A stretch of DNA of 64,000 bases from an uncultured Chromatiales bacterium (GTDB lineage Bacteria; Bacteroidota; Ignavibacteria; SZUA-365): positions 35,314 through 99,313 of the forward strand of contig CAYUWG010000004.1 of the NCBI GenBank assembly GCA_964448285.1. Reading direction: 5' to 3'. Under the pieces are notes generated by a model. The model did no database searches, was not told the DNA's origin, and saw only the letters and a program-made list of their open reading frames with translations. The first letter of the stretch is position 1, and each line of letters starts with the position of its first letter. This document shows, piece by piece, positions 1 through 10,685 of the stretch. Both the position numbers and the translations under genes were made by a program.

Positions 1-1
1 C

Positions 2-466
2 GGTTCGTTCGATGTCGTTTTTCACCAAGGCTTGCTTGAACACTTCCGTGAACCAAGTGCAACGCATTTACTCGAAGAGAACGTGCGCGTCCTCAAATCC
101 GGAGGTTTTCTTGTCATTGATGTACCACAACGGTGGCATGTTTATACCATCATCAAACACATCCTGATAGCATTCAATGCATGGTTCGCCGGTTGGGAGC
201 GTGAGTTCTCTGCGTCGGAATTGGAATCGAAAATACGGACGCTGAATTTACAGCATGTCAAGACCTACGGTGAATGGATGGTCCCAAGCCTTTTCTACCG
301 CATGATCCGTGAAGCAGGGCTAAAATTTGGACTGAGGCTACCACTTTATCCAAGACTTTCTTCAGCGACACAAAAACTGCGACTCAGGTTTCGCCAGAAA
401 CTGGAAGGCTCATCCGTGCAAATCAACACTTCGCTTTCCGTTGGAATCATCGCTGTCAAACCGTAG
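2..466 (+). CDS. class I SAM-dependent methyltransferase, C-terminal part (5' end lies outside the window)
   Basis: The frame is open from nt 2 (GSFDVVFHQGLLEHF...LKSGGFLVIDVP), which is typical of Methyltransf_11-type enzymes. It is the same frame as track ORF 32..466. Confidence 0.7.
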   Translation, partial: GSFDVVFHQGLLEHFREPSATHLLEENVRVLKSGGFLVIDVPQRWHVYTIIKHILIAFNAWFAGWEREFSASELESKIRTLNLQHVKTYGEWMVPSLFYRMIREAGLKFGLRLPLYPRLSSATQKLRLRFRQKLEGSSVQINTSLSVGIIAVKP

Positions 467-475
467 TCCGATACA

Positions 476-1606
476 TTGGAAAGAAGAACGCTGAATATCC
501 TCGTCCTGAATTGGCAGGATCGGAGTAATCCTCTTGCAGGTGGCGCTGAAGTTCATCTTCATGAAATCTTTGAACGGATCGCAGCAATGGGTCATCGCGT
601 CACACTCTTCTGCCATGCATTCTCAGGTGCATCGCGTGAGGAGGAGAAAAATGGCATCCGGATTATTCGGGCTGGTGGCAGAAACTTCTTCAACTACATT
701 GTCCCTTGGTTCTACTTCAAGCGTTTTCGCAAAGAGCGCTACGACGTCATTATCGATGATATCAACAAGATTCCGTTCTTCACTCCGCTATTCGTTCGCG
801 AACCGGTTCTTGCCGTCACTCATCACCTTTTCGGTAAGAGCATTTTCCTTGAGACGGCCTTCCCTTTCGCTCTGTACGTTTATCTCTTCGAAAGGCTCAT
901 TAAGCCCGTATATAAGCGGGTACTCTTCGTCATCGGTTCACCGAGTACGCAGAAGGAATACATCGCTTGGGGATTTCCAGAGAGCCAAATCCACGTGATC
1001 AATTATTGCGTTAACAAGCAAACGTACTACCCACCGGAATCCGAACGATTCGAACCCGATCGAATCGCATATTTCGGTAGATTGAAAAAGTACAAATCCG
1101 TTCACCATCTCTTGGCAGCTTTGCAACGGCTCTTACCGTCGCATCCAAACTTGATGCTCGATATCATTGGCGATGGTGATGACAGGGGTCGCTTGGAGAA
1201 TATCGTTCGTGAGATGAACCTCAACCGCTCTGTCACTTTTCATGGGTTCGTTCGCGAGGAGGATAAAACGCCTCTTCTTCACAAAGCGAATTTCGTCGTC
1301 AATACATCCAGCAAGGAAGGCTGGGGTCTCACCGTCATTGAAGCAAATGCCTGCGGTGCTCCAGTCATCGCAGCAGACGTTCAGGGACTACGGGATTCGG
1401 TTAAGGATGGAGAGACAGGGTTGCTCTATCCTTATGGCGACGTAGATGCCCTTTCTGAGAAAATGGATTTCCTGCTTACGAATCCGGATATGAGAAAGAC
1501 CTTAGCAATGAATGCATTGGAATGGGCTGCAGGATTCGATTGGGATATCGCTGCCGAAAAAACGTTGCAGAGAATCTATGATGTCGTGGACCGGGCGAAG
1601 CGCTGA
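476..1606 (+). CDS. glycosyltransferase family 4
   Basis: 376 aa with a TTG start. The C-terminal GT4 signature is EGWGLTVIEANACGAPVIAADVQGLRDSVKDGETGLL. Confidence 0.85.
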   Translation: MERRTLNILVLNWQDRSNPLAGGAEVHLHEIFERIAAMGHRVTLFCHAFSGASREEEKNGIRIIRAGGRNFFNYIVPWFYFKRFRKERYDVIIDDINKIPFFTPLFVREPVLAVTHHLFGKSIFLETAFPFALYVYLFERLIKPVYKRVLFVIGSPSTQKEYIAWGFPESQIHVINYCVNKQTYYPPESERFEPDRIAYFGRLKKYKSVHHLLAALQRLLPSHPNLMLDIIGDGDDRGRLENIVREMNLNRSVTFHGFVREEDKTPLLHKANFVVNTSSKEGWGLTVIEANACGAPVIAADVQGLRDSVKDGETGLLYPYGDVDALSEKMDFLLTNPDMRKTLAMNALEWAAGFDWDIAAEKTLQRIYDVVDRAKR

Positions 1607-1611
1607 CCGAC

Positions 1612-2202
1612 TCAGTCAGGCTTCAGAAGGTTCAACGCGTATTTCCCGATGACGTCGTATTCAACATTCACAATCGAGCCTTTCTTGTATGAGTGAAATA
1701 TCGTGTGCTCGAAAGTGTAGGGGATGATCGAAATGAAGTAGGTGTCTGATTCCTTTTCAGCGATAGTTAAACTTACACCATCGATACAGACGCTACCCCT
1801 GGGGATGATCAATGAACGACTTGCGTCCGGAAGCTGAACTCCAAACCACCAACTCTCCTCACGCTGTTCGATACGAGTAATTGTTGCTGTCTCATCGACG
1901 TGACCGAGTACATAGTGTCCGCCGAGCCTGTCGCCGACTCTAAGCGGGCGTTCTAAATTGACACGACTCCCCTGGTGAAGCTGTCCGAGATTCGTCTTTC
2001 GCAATGTTTCCTCAACTGCTTCGACGAAAAATGCATCACCGTGAAAGCTGACTGCTGTGAGACATACACCATTGATTGCAATGCTGTCTCCAATCGAGAG
2101 CTCCGGTGTGCATCGCGAGGCTTCGATCATCAATCGTGAACCACGACCGAACACCTCTGTGGAACGAATTCTCCCAACTTCTTCAACGATCCCTGTGAAC
2201 AT
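1612..2202 (-). CDS. ribE: riboflavin synthase alpha chain
   Basis: 196 aa with N-terminal MFTGIVEEVG and two lumazine-binding repeats. It is adjacent to ribD. Confidence 0.92.
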   Translation of the reverse strand: MFTGIVEEVGRIRSTEVFGRGSRLMIEASRCTPELSIGDSIAINGVCLTAVSFHGDAFFVEAVEETLRKTNLGQLHQGSRVNLERPLRVGDRLGGHYVLGHVDETATITRIEQREESWWFGVQLPDASRSLIIPRGSVCIDGVSLTIAEKESDTYFISIIPYTFEHTIFHSYKKGSIVNVEYDVIGKYALNLLKPD

Positions 2203-2204
2203 GT

Positions 2205-3299
2205 TTACTCCAGATTATGGATGATAAAATGAGCGTCATTCCCCGAATCCGATATCATAGCTTTTCGTGTGCGGTAGGCATTCTCCAAAGATCGTGCATT
2301 CATTCTGTCGAACGGAGACAATCCCTGACCGATGATGACTGGAGCTACAAATACATCGAAGCGGTCAACATACCCTGCTTGAACGAATGACGAAAAAACA
2401 CTCCTTCCTCCTTCGATCAGGAGTGATTTGATACCTCGCCTGTAAAGCTCCTGCAGAACTCTTGCGATACTGATCTGTCCGGTCCTCTTCAGTGGGACGA
2501 ATTCCGTATTAGAGTTTCTCAGCTCTTGAACGAATTTCTGCTTTGCCCGCAATGCTTCCTCGGTGGTGAGAACAATCGACACTGCATCTTGAGAGAAAAT
2601 CTCGCTCTTCGCTTTGAATTTCAAACTCGACGAGAGCACGACGCGCACTGGATTTTCTCCGATACCATATCGAACCGTCAATGAAGGATTATCCATTCTA
2701 ACTGTATTTGCGCCTACAAGAATGGCATCGACGGATGCACGAAGTTCGTGAACGTGTTTGCGTGAATCTTCTGATGTAATCCACTTCGACTGTCCCTTAA
2801 CCGTGGCGATGAATCCATCCAAAGTTTGCGCGACTTTGAGGATTACATATGGTCTGCTGTGAACCATGTTGACAACGAAGCGTGCATTGAGTCTTCGACA
2901 CTCCTCTTCGAGAACACCGACCTCACATTCGATCTTCGCTTCACGCAATCGCATTATTCCTTTCCCGCTCACGATTGGATTAGGGTCTTTCATCCCGATA
3001 ACGACACGCTTTATTCCCGATGCGATTATGGGATCAGTACAGGGTGGCGTTTTCCCGAAATGATTGCACGGCTCAAGGTTTACGTACAACGTGCTTCCAT
3101 GAGCGGCATCACTCGATCGATCCAACGCTATTTTTTCTGCATGAGGACCACCGAATTTTCTATGCCATCCTGTTCCAACAATGCGATTATCCTTCACTAT
3201 AACGCATCCAACAAGTGGATTTGGCTCTACGCTTCTCCCGCCCTTTGTGGCAAGCGACAAGCACTTCCGCATCATCCGCACATCGAAGGCAGTCACCAT
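2205..3299 (-). CDS. ribD: bifunctional diaminohydroxyphosphoribosylaminopyrimidine deaminase / 5-amino-6-(5-phosphoribosylamino)uracil reductase
   Basis: 364 aa. It has the CMP/dCMP deaminase zinc motif (HAE...PCNHFGKTPPC) followed by a RibD C-terminal reductase domain. Confidence 0.92.
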   Translation of the reverse strand: MVTAFDVRMMRKCLSLATKGGRSVEPNPLVGCVIVKDNRIVGTGWHRKFGGPHAEKIALDRSSDAAHGSTLYVNLEPCNHFGKTPPCTDPIIASGIKRVVIGMKDPNPIVSGKGIMRLREAKIECEVGVLEEECRRLNARFVVNMVHSRPYVILKVAQTLDGFIATVKGQSKWITSEDSRKHVHELRASVDAILVGANTVRMDNPSLTVRYGIGENPVRVVLSSSLKFKAKSEIFSQDAVSIVLTTEEALRAKQKFVQELRNSNTEFVPLKRTGQISIARVLQELYRRGIKSLLIEGGRSVFSSFVQAGYVDRFDVFVAPVIIGQGLSPFDRMNARSLENAYRTRKAMISDSGNDAHFIIHNLE

Positions 3300-4612
3300 G
3301 AATGCGTCGCTCTGCTGCTGTCACGCTCTTCATTGCGAACGACGAGCAATGCCGTCGAGATTTTTCTGCTGAGTCCATTGCCACCCGCATGTGATACGGT
3401 GCGGCCAGCGATGGCCATCGTCGCTGAACTCCCGCCGTCGAGGTTCATTGCCTGATACGCTCCTCGCTCGATCATGAGTTTAGCGAGATCGTTCAGTGAA
3501 ATTCCCTTCCTTCGCCTCTTGCGACTCGTCGGCTCGACGGTCACGATGATTGCGGATGTTCCGTCCTTGTTCACTCCGATCGCTGTCCGTGCATAGCCAC
3601 GCGTAACGAACGTCATTTTTCTCAAGCCCTCTTCCTGCCATTCAACACTCACACGACCGTCGCGCACAAGCCGAGGTGTTCCGGATATCATGTGTACGAT
3701 CGGCTCAGGCACGACAGGCTCCGTGTATGACGAAAGCGAAAACGTATCGCCGACGAAGAGTGAAAAGAACAACGGAAAGCTCCCATGTCCGAATGAAATC
3801 ACTCCTCCATCGTGTGGAATCGCGACGACGCCTGTATCGATGAACGTGACCTGACAGAGCAATCTATCGTTCGTGTTCGGCAATGCTAAATACCGGAACT
3901 GCACCTTCAACGTGCCGCTCTCAGGATTCGAAAGGAGCAGTGAATCGATTGTCGCGTTGATCCCAGCTTCGATTTCGGATTCATCGGTAATCGTATCCTT
4001 CGAGGCGATATAAATTCCCGACGTGTCGATGAACGGAAGACTCGTACCGTAAAAAGGAGTATAGACGACTACGGAGGCGGAATCGCGACGCCAGTTGTAG
4101 TTCGCCACAGGAATGTCCCCATAGCGCGAATGCAACGAATGAACGAACGAGTAATTCCCCATGAACATTTTCTTCGATTCCGTGATCGCAAACGCCGACC
4201 AGTTCCTGTGCTTCTCGCCGATGATGAGTGTGCCGCCGGAAACAGTTGGCCCCATGGGATGAAGTGAACCTGCCCGCCAGAAATTTGCGTTCACTGCAGC
4301 GATGACCGATCCGAATCGGTTCGTACTGTCGTAACGATGCGCGATGCTATGGAGTCTTTCCAAGCCGGCGATGTTCTCAAGCCCCTTTCCCACGGCAAGG
4401 GAGTTCTTCGGATTCTTTAGATCAACATGAAGCGTGTGGACAGACCAACGCTTCTTCGTGTAGTATTTGTATGCGTAAGTGATGCCACTGGAAAGTGTCT
4501 CCCTGGTTTCCTCATCGGGAATACCGACGCCGCTCGATGCGACCGACAAGGGCCATACAGCAAGAGCAAGAACGATCAGCGCATGATGCAAACAGCCGGA
4601 TCGTTTCCGCAT
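3293..4612 (-). CDS. phosphodiester glycosidase family protein (secreted)
   Basis: It has the C-terminal NLDGGSSATM motif of the NAGPA/DUF2233 family. I prefer the start at the internal Met (MRKRSGCLHHALIVLALAV, signal-peptide-like), which removes the overlap with the upstream gene. Confidence 0.65.
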   Translation of the reverse strand: MRKRSGCLHHALIVLALAVWPLSVASSGVGIPDEETRETLSSGITYAYKYYTKKRWSVHTLHVDLKNPKNSLAVGKGLENIAGLERLHSIAHRYDSTNRFGSVIAAVNANFWRAGSLHPMGPTVSGGTLIIGEKHRNWSAFAITESKKMFMGNYSFVHSLHSRYGDIPVANYNWRRDSASVVVYTPFYGTSLPFIDTSGIYIASKDTITDESEIEAGINATIDSLLLSNPESGTLKVQFRYLALPNTNDRLLCQVTFIDTGVVAIPHDGGVISFGHGSFPLFFSLFVGDTFSLSSYTEPVVPEPIVHMISGTPRLVRDGRVSVEWQEEGLRKMTFVTRGYARTAIGVNKDGTSAIIVTVEPTSRKRRRKGISLNDLAKLMIERGAYQAMNLDGGSSATMAIAGRTVSHAGGNGLSRKISTALLVVRNEERDSSRATHSW

Positions 4613-4622
4613 CGGAATGCCA

Positions 4623-5627
4623 TTACGGAACAAGAACTTCCTTTTTCTTCTGTGCCGATTTATACGCTGCATCGACAAGCTTCATCCTCCTCGCTGCTTC
4701 TTCTGCAGTGGAAATGACGGGATGGTGCTTTCGAATCGCGCCTGCAAAATGGCGAAGCTCATGTTCATACGATCGTCGGAAGATGCTCGTGGCAGAATCC
4801 GGAAGTACGGGCGTAACGTTGACCGGCGCGCCTGCGATCAGTTTATGGATTACCAAAGGATTGACGCTCGCACTTCCCTTCGATCCGATGATGTCGAGAT
4901 AGTATTGCTGCTTCTCTAACGTTGCCGACCAACTGACTGAAAGACTGACTGAAGCGTCGTTCTCAAGTCGGAAGAAACAACTTGCGGAATCTTCCACGCC
5001 TTTCGTTTTATGGTGGTAAAGTGTTGACGAGACGGATTGCACTTTCGGAAAATCCATGAGCCAGAGCACAAGATCGATCATGACGATTCCTAAATCGATC
5101 AATACTCCTCCGCCGGCACGTTCGCGTTTCTTCAGCCAGCTCTGCGCTGAACTCTGATAGTTCAACCATCCCGCATTCACCATGTATATCTGTCCCAACT
5201 CACCGTGCCTGATGAGATTCTTCAGAGTTGTGGAATCCTGCCGGAAGCGATGATTCATGCCGACCATTAAAACCCTGTCGATGGTGGCTGATGCGTTTGA
5301 TAACTCCACTGCTTCCTTGTACGTCCGAGCGAGCGGTTTCTCGATCAATACGTGTTTGTTCGCAGCAAGTGCCGCCAGTCCGATAGGATGATGTGTATCC
5401 GTCGTCGTGGCGACGATCACAGCATCGATATCCGGGCGTTCCAGAAACTCGTTGTAGTCGCTTGACACAACATCCATTCGATAGTGCTCGGCGACGCTTC
5501 GTGCTTTCGCTCGGTCCGTGTCACAGATACCGACGAGTTGAAAGTCGGTCATGCGACTGACGACCGGAAGGTGTGCCGTTTGGGCGATGGACCCTGCACC
5601 GATAATCCCGAGACGGATAGGGTTCAT
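4623..5627 (-). CDS. Gfo/Idh/MocA family oxidoreductase
   Basis: 334 aa with an N-terminal Rossmann motif (IRLGIIGAGSIAQTAH) and EKP in the LIEKPLA context. Confidence 0.85.
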   Translation of the reverse strand: MNPIRLGIIGAGSIAQTAHLPVVSRMTDFQLVGICDTDRAKARSVAEHYRMDVVSSDYNEFLERPDIDAVIVATTTDTHHPIGLAALAANKHVLIEKPLARTYKEAVELSNASATIDRVLMVGMNHRFRQDSTTLKNLIRHGELGQIYMVNAGWLNYQSSAQSWLKKRERAGGGVLIDLGIVMIDLVLWLMDFPKVQSVSSTLYHHKTKGVEDSASCFFRLENDASVSLSVSWSATLEKQQYYLDIIGSKGSASVNPLVIHKLIAGAPVNVTPVLPDSATSIFRRSYEHELRHFAGAIRKHHPVISTAEEAARRMKLVDAAYKSAQKKKEVLVP

Positions 5628-5645
5628 TATTCTGATTCCTGCTCA

Positions 5646-7565
5646 TCAAACATGTTCCATCTCCATTGCAAGCTCGATTCCCAAGACTTGTCCAACTTTT
5701 CGCGCAATGCCCAGAGGATCAAGATCGATGCTGCGATACAATTCCTCCTGCGTTCCGTGATCGATGAATTCATCCGGGATTCCGTGAACGTGTAACTCTA
5801 CGTCGCTCAATCGATTCTCGTGAAGACATTCCGCCACGGCGCTGCCAAAACCTCCATGCACGACGTTGTCTTCGACGGTTACGAAATGTCGGTACGATTG
5901 AGCAAGACGCTTGATCAATTCCGTATCGAGCGGCTTGACGAAACGCATGTTGACGACCGCGGCATTGATACCGCTGTGCGTGAGCAGATCTGCAGCCTTC
6001 AGCGCATGCATCACCATGTTTCCAATGCCTATAAGTGCGACCGTCTCTCCTTCCTTCAGAATCTCTCCCTTCCCTATTGAAAGCTTCTGAAATCCGCTGC
6101 GCAATGGAACACCGATCGCATTCCCTCTTGGATAGCGCAATGCAATCGGTCCCTCGCGATATTCGATGCATGTGAACAACATGTCGCGCAGTTCCTGCTC
6201 ATCTTTCGGTGCCATGATTATCATGTGCGGGATCATGCGCATGTACCCAAGATCGAAGACACCATGATGGGTAGGACCGTCAGAGCCGACGAGACCTCCG
6301 CGATCCATGACGAAGACAACAGGCAATTGCTGAAGGCATACATCATGAATGATCTGGTCGAATCCACGTTGAAGGAACGTGCTGTAAACAGCAACAACCG
6401 GGATATAGCCTTCCGATGCCATGCCGGCGGCATAGGTGACTGCATGCCCCTCAGCGATACCAACGTCGAAGAACCGCTCCGGCATCGCTTTCTGGAGTAT
6501 GGTAAGGCCAGTACCGTCTGGCATAGCCGCGGTTATGCCTACGACTTTGGAGTTCGACTTACAGATTTCAACCATCGTATTACCGAACACCGACGTGTAC
6601 GAAGGAGGTCCGGAAGAACTCGGAGACTTGCCGGTGACTTTGTCAAAAGGCGTGACTCCATGCAAACGTGTGACATCTTTTTCTGCCGGTTCGTAGCCTT
6701 TCCCCTTCTCCGTGCTGAGATGGAGAAGTATCGGTCCGGGCAGGTTCTTGATATGCTGAAGTATCTCGACAAGCTTCACAATGTTATGTCCGTTGAACGG
6801 ACCGAAATACCGAAATCCCAACGCTTCGAATAACATCCCCGGGGTGATGATGGACTTGATTCCCTTTTCCAAACTCTGTGCTACGGTGCGCAGCCTGTCA
6901 CCGAATGTATCAAGCTTACCGGTAAGGTCCCAGACATTCGCTTTGAACTTGTTGTATGTCGGATGCGTGAGCGCTTCGTTGAAGTACTCGTGGAGGGACC
7001 AGAGCTTCGGCGTCATCGATGAGAGTGAGACCATCTGGTTGTCGTTCAGGACGACGATCAGGTTCTTCTTCAACAGACCTGCGTTGTTCATCGCTTCATA
7101 GGCCATTCCGCCGGTCATCGAACCATCACCGACAATCGCAACAACCTTGAAATCTTTCCCATCGAAGTCACGAGCCGTCGCAATCCCAAGTGCTGCGGAG
7201 ATCGCTGTACTTGCGTGCCCGGCTCCGAAGGTATCGTAATCGCTTTCCGACCGTTTTAGAAAACCGCTTATCCCACCGAATTGCCGCATCGTGTACATCT
7301 TTTCTTTGCGTCCCGTCAGCATCTTGTGCGGATATGCTTGGTGGCCGACGTCCCAGACAAGTTTATCGTCCGGAGTGTCGAAGACATAATGAAGTGCGAC
7401 CGCTAACTCAACCGTACCGAGACCGGCGCCGAGATGCCCTCCCGTTTGGGACACGGCATCGACAAGATATTCGCGCATCTCAGAACATACCTGGCGCAAT
7501 TGATTGACTTGGAGCTTCCGAAGGTCTTCAGGGAAATGGATCGATTCGAAAAGATTATCGGTCAT
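5646..7565 (-). CDS. dxs: 1-deoxy-D-xylulose-5-phosphate synthase
   Basis: 639 aa. Motifs present are GHLGAGLGTVEL, DVGHQAYPHK and the TPP-binding GDGSMTGGMAYEA. Confidence 0.95.
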   Translation of the reverse strand: MTDNLFESIHFPEDLRKLQVNQLRQVCSEMREYLVDAVSQTGGHLGAGLGTVELAVALHYVFDTPDDKLVWDVGHQAYPHKMLTGRKEKMYTMRQFGGISGFLKRSESDYDTFGAGHASTAISAALGIATARDFDGKDFKVVAIVGDGSMTGGMAYEAMNNAGLLKKNLIVVLNDNQMVSLSSMTPKLWSLHEYFNEALTHPTYNKFKANVWDLTGKLDTFGDRLRTVAQSLEKGIKSIITPGMLFEALGFRYFGPFNGHNIVKLVEILQHIKNLPGPILLHLSTEKGKGYEPAEKDVTRLHGVTPFDKVTGKSPSSSGPPSYTSVFGNTMVEICKSNSKVVGITAAMPDGTGLTILQKAMPERFFDVGIAEGHAVTYAAGMASEGYIPVVAVYSTFLQRGFDQIIHDVCLQQLPVVFVMDRGGLVGSDGPTHHGVFDLGYMRMIPHMIIMAPKDEQELRDMLFTCIEYREGPIALRYPRGNAIGVPLRSGFQKLSIGKGEILKEGETVALIGIGNMVMHALKAADLLTHSGINAAVVNMRFVKPLDTELIKRLAQSYRHFVTVEDNVVHGGFGSAVAECLHENRLSDVELHVHGIPDEFIDHGTQEELYRSIDLDPLGIARKVGQVLGIELAMEMEHV

Positions 7566-7573
7566 ACGTTGAT

Positions 7574-7810
7574 TCAGATTGGGTCTTCAGTTTCCAGGAG
7601 TAAAAAGGTCTTATCGGCGCGTTCCTTCAGTTCGAGAAGTCTCTTTCTTGCACCATTCAACTGCTCCGCGCATTCTTGAAGAAGTGTCAAACCTTCTTCA
7701 TACAGCGTGAGCGTCTTCTCCAAAGTCGTGTGCTCGGCATCCATCTCATCGACGATCGCCTGAAGACGATTCAGCGAATCTTCGAAGCTATTCTTTTTCC
7801 CTTTTGTCAT
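7574..7810 (-). CDS. xseB: exodeoxyribonuclease VII small subunit
   Basis: 78 aa with the FEDSLNRLQAIVDEM...LE motif. It overlaps the xseA stop by 4 nt. Confidence 0.85.
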   Translation of the reverse strand: MTKGKKNSFEDSLNRLQAIVDEMDAEHTTLEKTLTLYEEGLTLLQECAEQLNGARKRLLELKERADKTFLLLETEDPI

Positions 7811-9024
7811 GGTTCGATGGAAGGATCGATTCGTTCAACGGAAATTTCACCGTCATGAAACTCTACTCGCAAGGTTTTTTCGGTTCCCAATTCGGCTTTT
7901 GAATGAATGATCCCTTCGTTCGAACGGATGAGCGTATATCCCAATTTCTTGATGCGTGTCGGATCATGTGCAATGAACCGCTCCCGCAAGATCTCAACCG
8001 ATGACGTTGCGCGTTCGACAGATAATGAACTGCGGTGATGGATATCCGCGGTTAACTGATCGAGTGTTTGAAGCGTGGATTCCAGTCTATCGGCTGGACG
8101 GGTTAAAGATCGGTGCATACGAAGATGTGAGAGATGCGAGCGGGCTTGCTCCATGCGAAAATCTACAAATTTCCGGAGCGTGTAAGAAACATCGCGAAGC
8201 TGTTGTCTGGTCTCCCGCAAAGATGGAACGACAAGTTCGCCGGCAACGGAAGGCGTTGCCGCGCGCAGATCAGCCACGAAATCCGCAATGGTGAAATCGA
8301 CTTCATGGCCGACCGCCGATACGACCGGGATACGGGAATTTGCGATTGCACGAGCGACGCGTTCTTCATTGAATGCCCAAAGGTCTTCAATGCTTCCTCC
8401 TCCTCGCCCTACGATGATGATGTCGATGGAACCATACCTGTTGCATCGTTCTATTCCAAGCGCAATATCTTCTGCTGCTCCTGGGCCCTGAACCTGTACG
8501 GGAACGAGAATCAGTTGCACCGATGCATTTCTCCGCTGAATGACACTCAGCATATCTTTTATTGCTGCGCCCGTTGCTGAAGTCACGAGCGCAACGACCT
8601 GAGGATACTCCGGAAGCGGTTTCTTTCTTTCTTCGTCGAACAGTCCTTCCGAATGAAGCTTCCTTTTTACTCTTTCGAATGCCGCTCGCAACGCACCTTC
8701 CCCACGGGGGTGCATTTCGCGAACGACGAGTTGGTAATTGCCGCGTGGTTCATAAACAGTGAGGCTCCCTCGACAGATGACTTCCATTCCATCGACCGGC
8801 CGGAAGAAAAGCGACGCAGCGTTTCCTCGAAACATAACTGCGGACAACTGGGCGCGTTCATCTTTCAGCGTAAAGTACACATGTCCCGATCCGTGCCGAT
8901 GAACATTGGAGAGTTCGCCGACAACGAAGACGTCCCGGAAGGATTCCTCAAGTACCGTCTTGATCGATCCGGTAAGTTCTGATACCGTGATCGGTGCGAA
9001 GTCGCTTGCGTGATGATCGTTCAT
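7807..9024 (-). CDS. xseA: exodeoxyribonuclease VII large subunit
   Basis: 405 aa with an OB-fold N-terminus (VVGELSNV..HGSGHVYFTLKD) and the catalytic region IIVGRGGGSIEDLWAFNEE. Confidence 0.92.
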   Translation of the reverse strand: MNDHHASDFAPITVSELTGSIKTVLEESFRDVFVVGELSNVHRHGSGHVYFTLKDERAQLSAVMFRGNAASLFFRPVDGMEVICRGSLTVYEPRGNYQLVVREMHPRGEGALRAAFERVKRKLHSEGLFDEERKKPLPEYPQVVALVTSATGAAIKDMLSVIQRRNASVQLILVPVQVQGPGAAEDIALGIERCNRYGSIDIIIVGRGGGSIEDLWAFNEERVARAIANSRIPVVSAVGHEVDFTIADFVADLRAATPSVAGELVVPSLRETRQQLRDVSYTLRKFVDFRMEQARSHLSHLRMHRSLTRPADRLESTLQTLDQLTADIHHRSSLSVERATSSVEILRERFIAHDPTRIKKLGYTLIRSNEGIIHSKAELGTEKTLRVEFHDGEISVERIDPSIEP

Positions 9025-9074
9025 GGAATGTTGTTGTCGGAAGTAAATGGAGTTTAATGAGAACGGAAGGTGCT

Positions 9075-10685
9075 TTAGATGTTCATCCAGCCTGTTGTTT
9101 TAGAACGAACAGTATCCCGAACATATTTTTCATCTGACGCAGGATAGTCCGTCGTGTAATGAAGCCCCCTGCTTTCTTTCCTGAGAAGTGCGCTTTCGAT
9201 AATCAATCGCCCCGCAAGAGTGAGATTTCGCAATTCGAGCAGTTCCTCGTTGATGCGAGTCTTTTTGTAAAAGCGGTCAACTTCGTCGAAGAGCAGTACT
9301 ACGCGGCGATGGGCACGCTCAAGACGCAGCGTGGAGCGAACGATGCCGACGTAGTCCCACATCAATGACTGGAGTTCTCTGCGATTGTGCGAAATGAGGA
9401 TCCACTCTTCCGAGTTATCCGTCCCACTTTCATCCCATTGCCTGACGCGGTCAACAGGCGGCGTCATCGGCTTCGAGCGAAGGGTCGTCTCGGCGGCTCT
9501 CCGAGCAAACACGACAGCTTCGAGAAGCGAATTGCTCGCGAGGCGATTCGCGCCGTGAAGTCCTGTCATCGAGACCTCACCGACAACGAGCAAACCCTCA
9601 AGTGTGGAGTATGCATCCGCATCGCTGACGACTCCGCCACAGCAATAATGCGCAGCCGGAACGACCGGTATCCTTTGATGCGCGATGTCTATTCCTACCG
9701 AAAGGCACTTCTCGTAAATGTTGGGGAATGCATTCCTGATTTCATCACTGCTTCTGTGCGTCATATCGAGATACACGCAGTCGTCACCACGCTTTTTCAG
9801 TTCAGCGTCGATCGCGCGGGCAACGATATCACGCGGTGCAAGCTCTTCGCGCCTGTCATAATGAGGCATGAACCGCTCGCCGCTTTTGTTACGTAGTACT
9901 GCGCCTGCTCCACGCAGAGCCTCAGAAATGAGAAACGAACGCGCAGAAGGATGATAGAGCGTCGTCGGGTGAAACTGGATGAATTCCATATTGGCGATAG
10001 CAGCACCCGCTCTGTGCGCCATTGCGATGCCGTCGCCTGTTGCGATCGAGGGATTGGTCGAGTGACGATACACCATGCCGCATCCGCCCGTTGCCAGAAC
10101 AGTCGTCGATGCGACGCACGTTTTCACGACGTGATTCTCATTATCCAATACATACGCACCCCAACAACATCCGTTCATCGGTGCGCTACCCTTATCTAAG
10201 AGATTTCTATTCGTGATGAGATCGACGGCCATGTGGTTTTCGAGGAGCGTGACGTTCGGGTGATGGCGCACTTGCGAAACCAGTGCATACTCAATCTCTC
10301 GACCGGTCAGATCAAGTGCGTGGACAATGCGGTTGCGTGAATGCCCTCCCTCCCTTCCTAAGTCCAGTTGGTCCTTCTCTATAGTAAACCGGACTCCGTA
10401 TTCGATGAGTCGTTTCACTGCTTCCGGTCCAGAGCGAATTACCATTTCGACAATCTCACGATTGCATAAGCCGTCGCCTGCGTTCAGAGTATCCTGGATG
10501 TGTAAATCGTAAGAGTCGTCCGATCCAAGTACTGAAGCGATTCCCCCTTGTGCATAGTTCGTATTCGATTCGAAGGTCTGCTTCTTCGTTACCAGAATCA
10601 CTTTTCGCTCATCAGCGATCGAGAGCGTGTAGAACAAACCTGCTATTCCACTTCCGATTACAAGGACATCGCTTTGCAGAATCAT
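9075..10685 (-). CDS. nadB: L-aspartate oxidase
   Basis: 536 aa. It has the FAD motif VLVIGSGIAGL, plus YAQGGIA and GLHGANRLASNSLLE. Confidence 0.93.
   Translation of the reverse strand: MILQSDVLVIGSGIAGLFYTLSIADERKVILVTKKQTFESNTNYAQGGIASVLGSDDSYDLHIQDTLNAGDGLCNREIVEMVIRSGPEAVKRLIEYGVRFTIEKDQLDLGREGGHSRNRIVHALDLTGREIEYALVSQVRHHPNVTLLENHMAVDLITNRNLLDKGSAPMNGCCWGAYVLDNENHVVKTCVASTTVLATGGCGMVYRHSTNPSIATGDGIAMAHRAGAAIANMEFIQFHPTTLYHPSARSFLISEALRGAGAVLRNKSGERFMPHYDRREELAPRDIVARAIDAELKKRGDDCVYLDMTHRSSDEIRNAFPNIYEKCLSVGIDIAHQRIPVVPAAHYCCGGVVSDADAYSTLEGLLVVGEVSMTGLHGANRLASNSLLEAVVFARRAAETTLRSKPMTPPVDRVRQWDESGTDNSEEWILISHNRRELQSLMWDYVGIVRSTLRLERAHRRVVLLFDEVDRFYKKTRINEELLELRNLTLAGRLIIESALLRKESRGLHYTTDYPASDEKYVRDTVRSKTTGWMNI

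Noticed and set aside
3293-3460. Looked for an FMN riboswitch upstream of ribD and a TPP element near dxs.
   Set aside because: Both genes abut or overlap upstream coding sequence (a 7-nt overlap and an 8-nt gap), which leaves no space for a leader.
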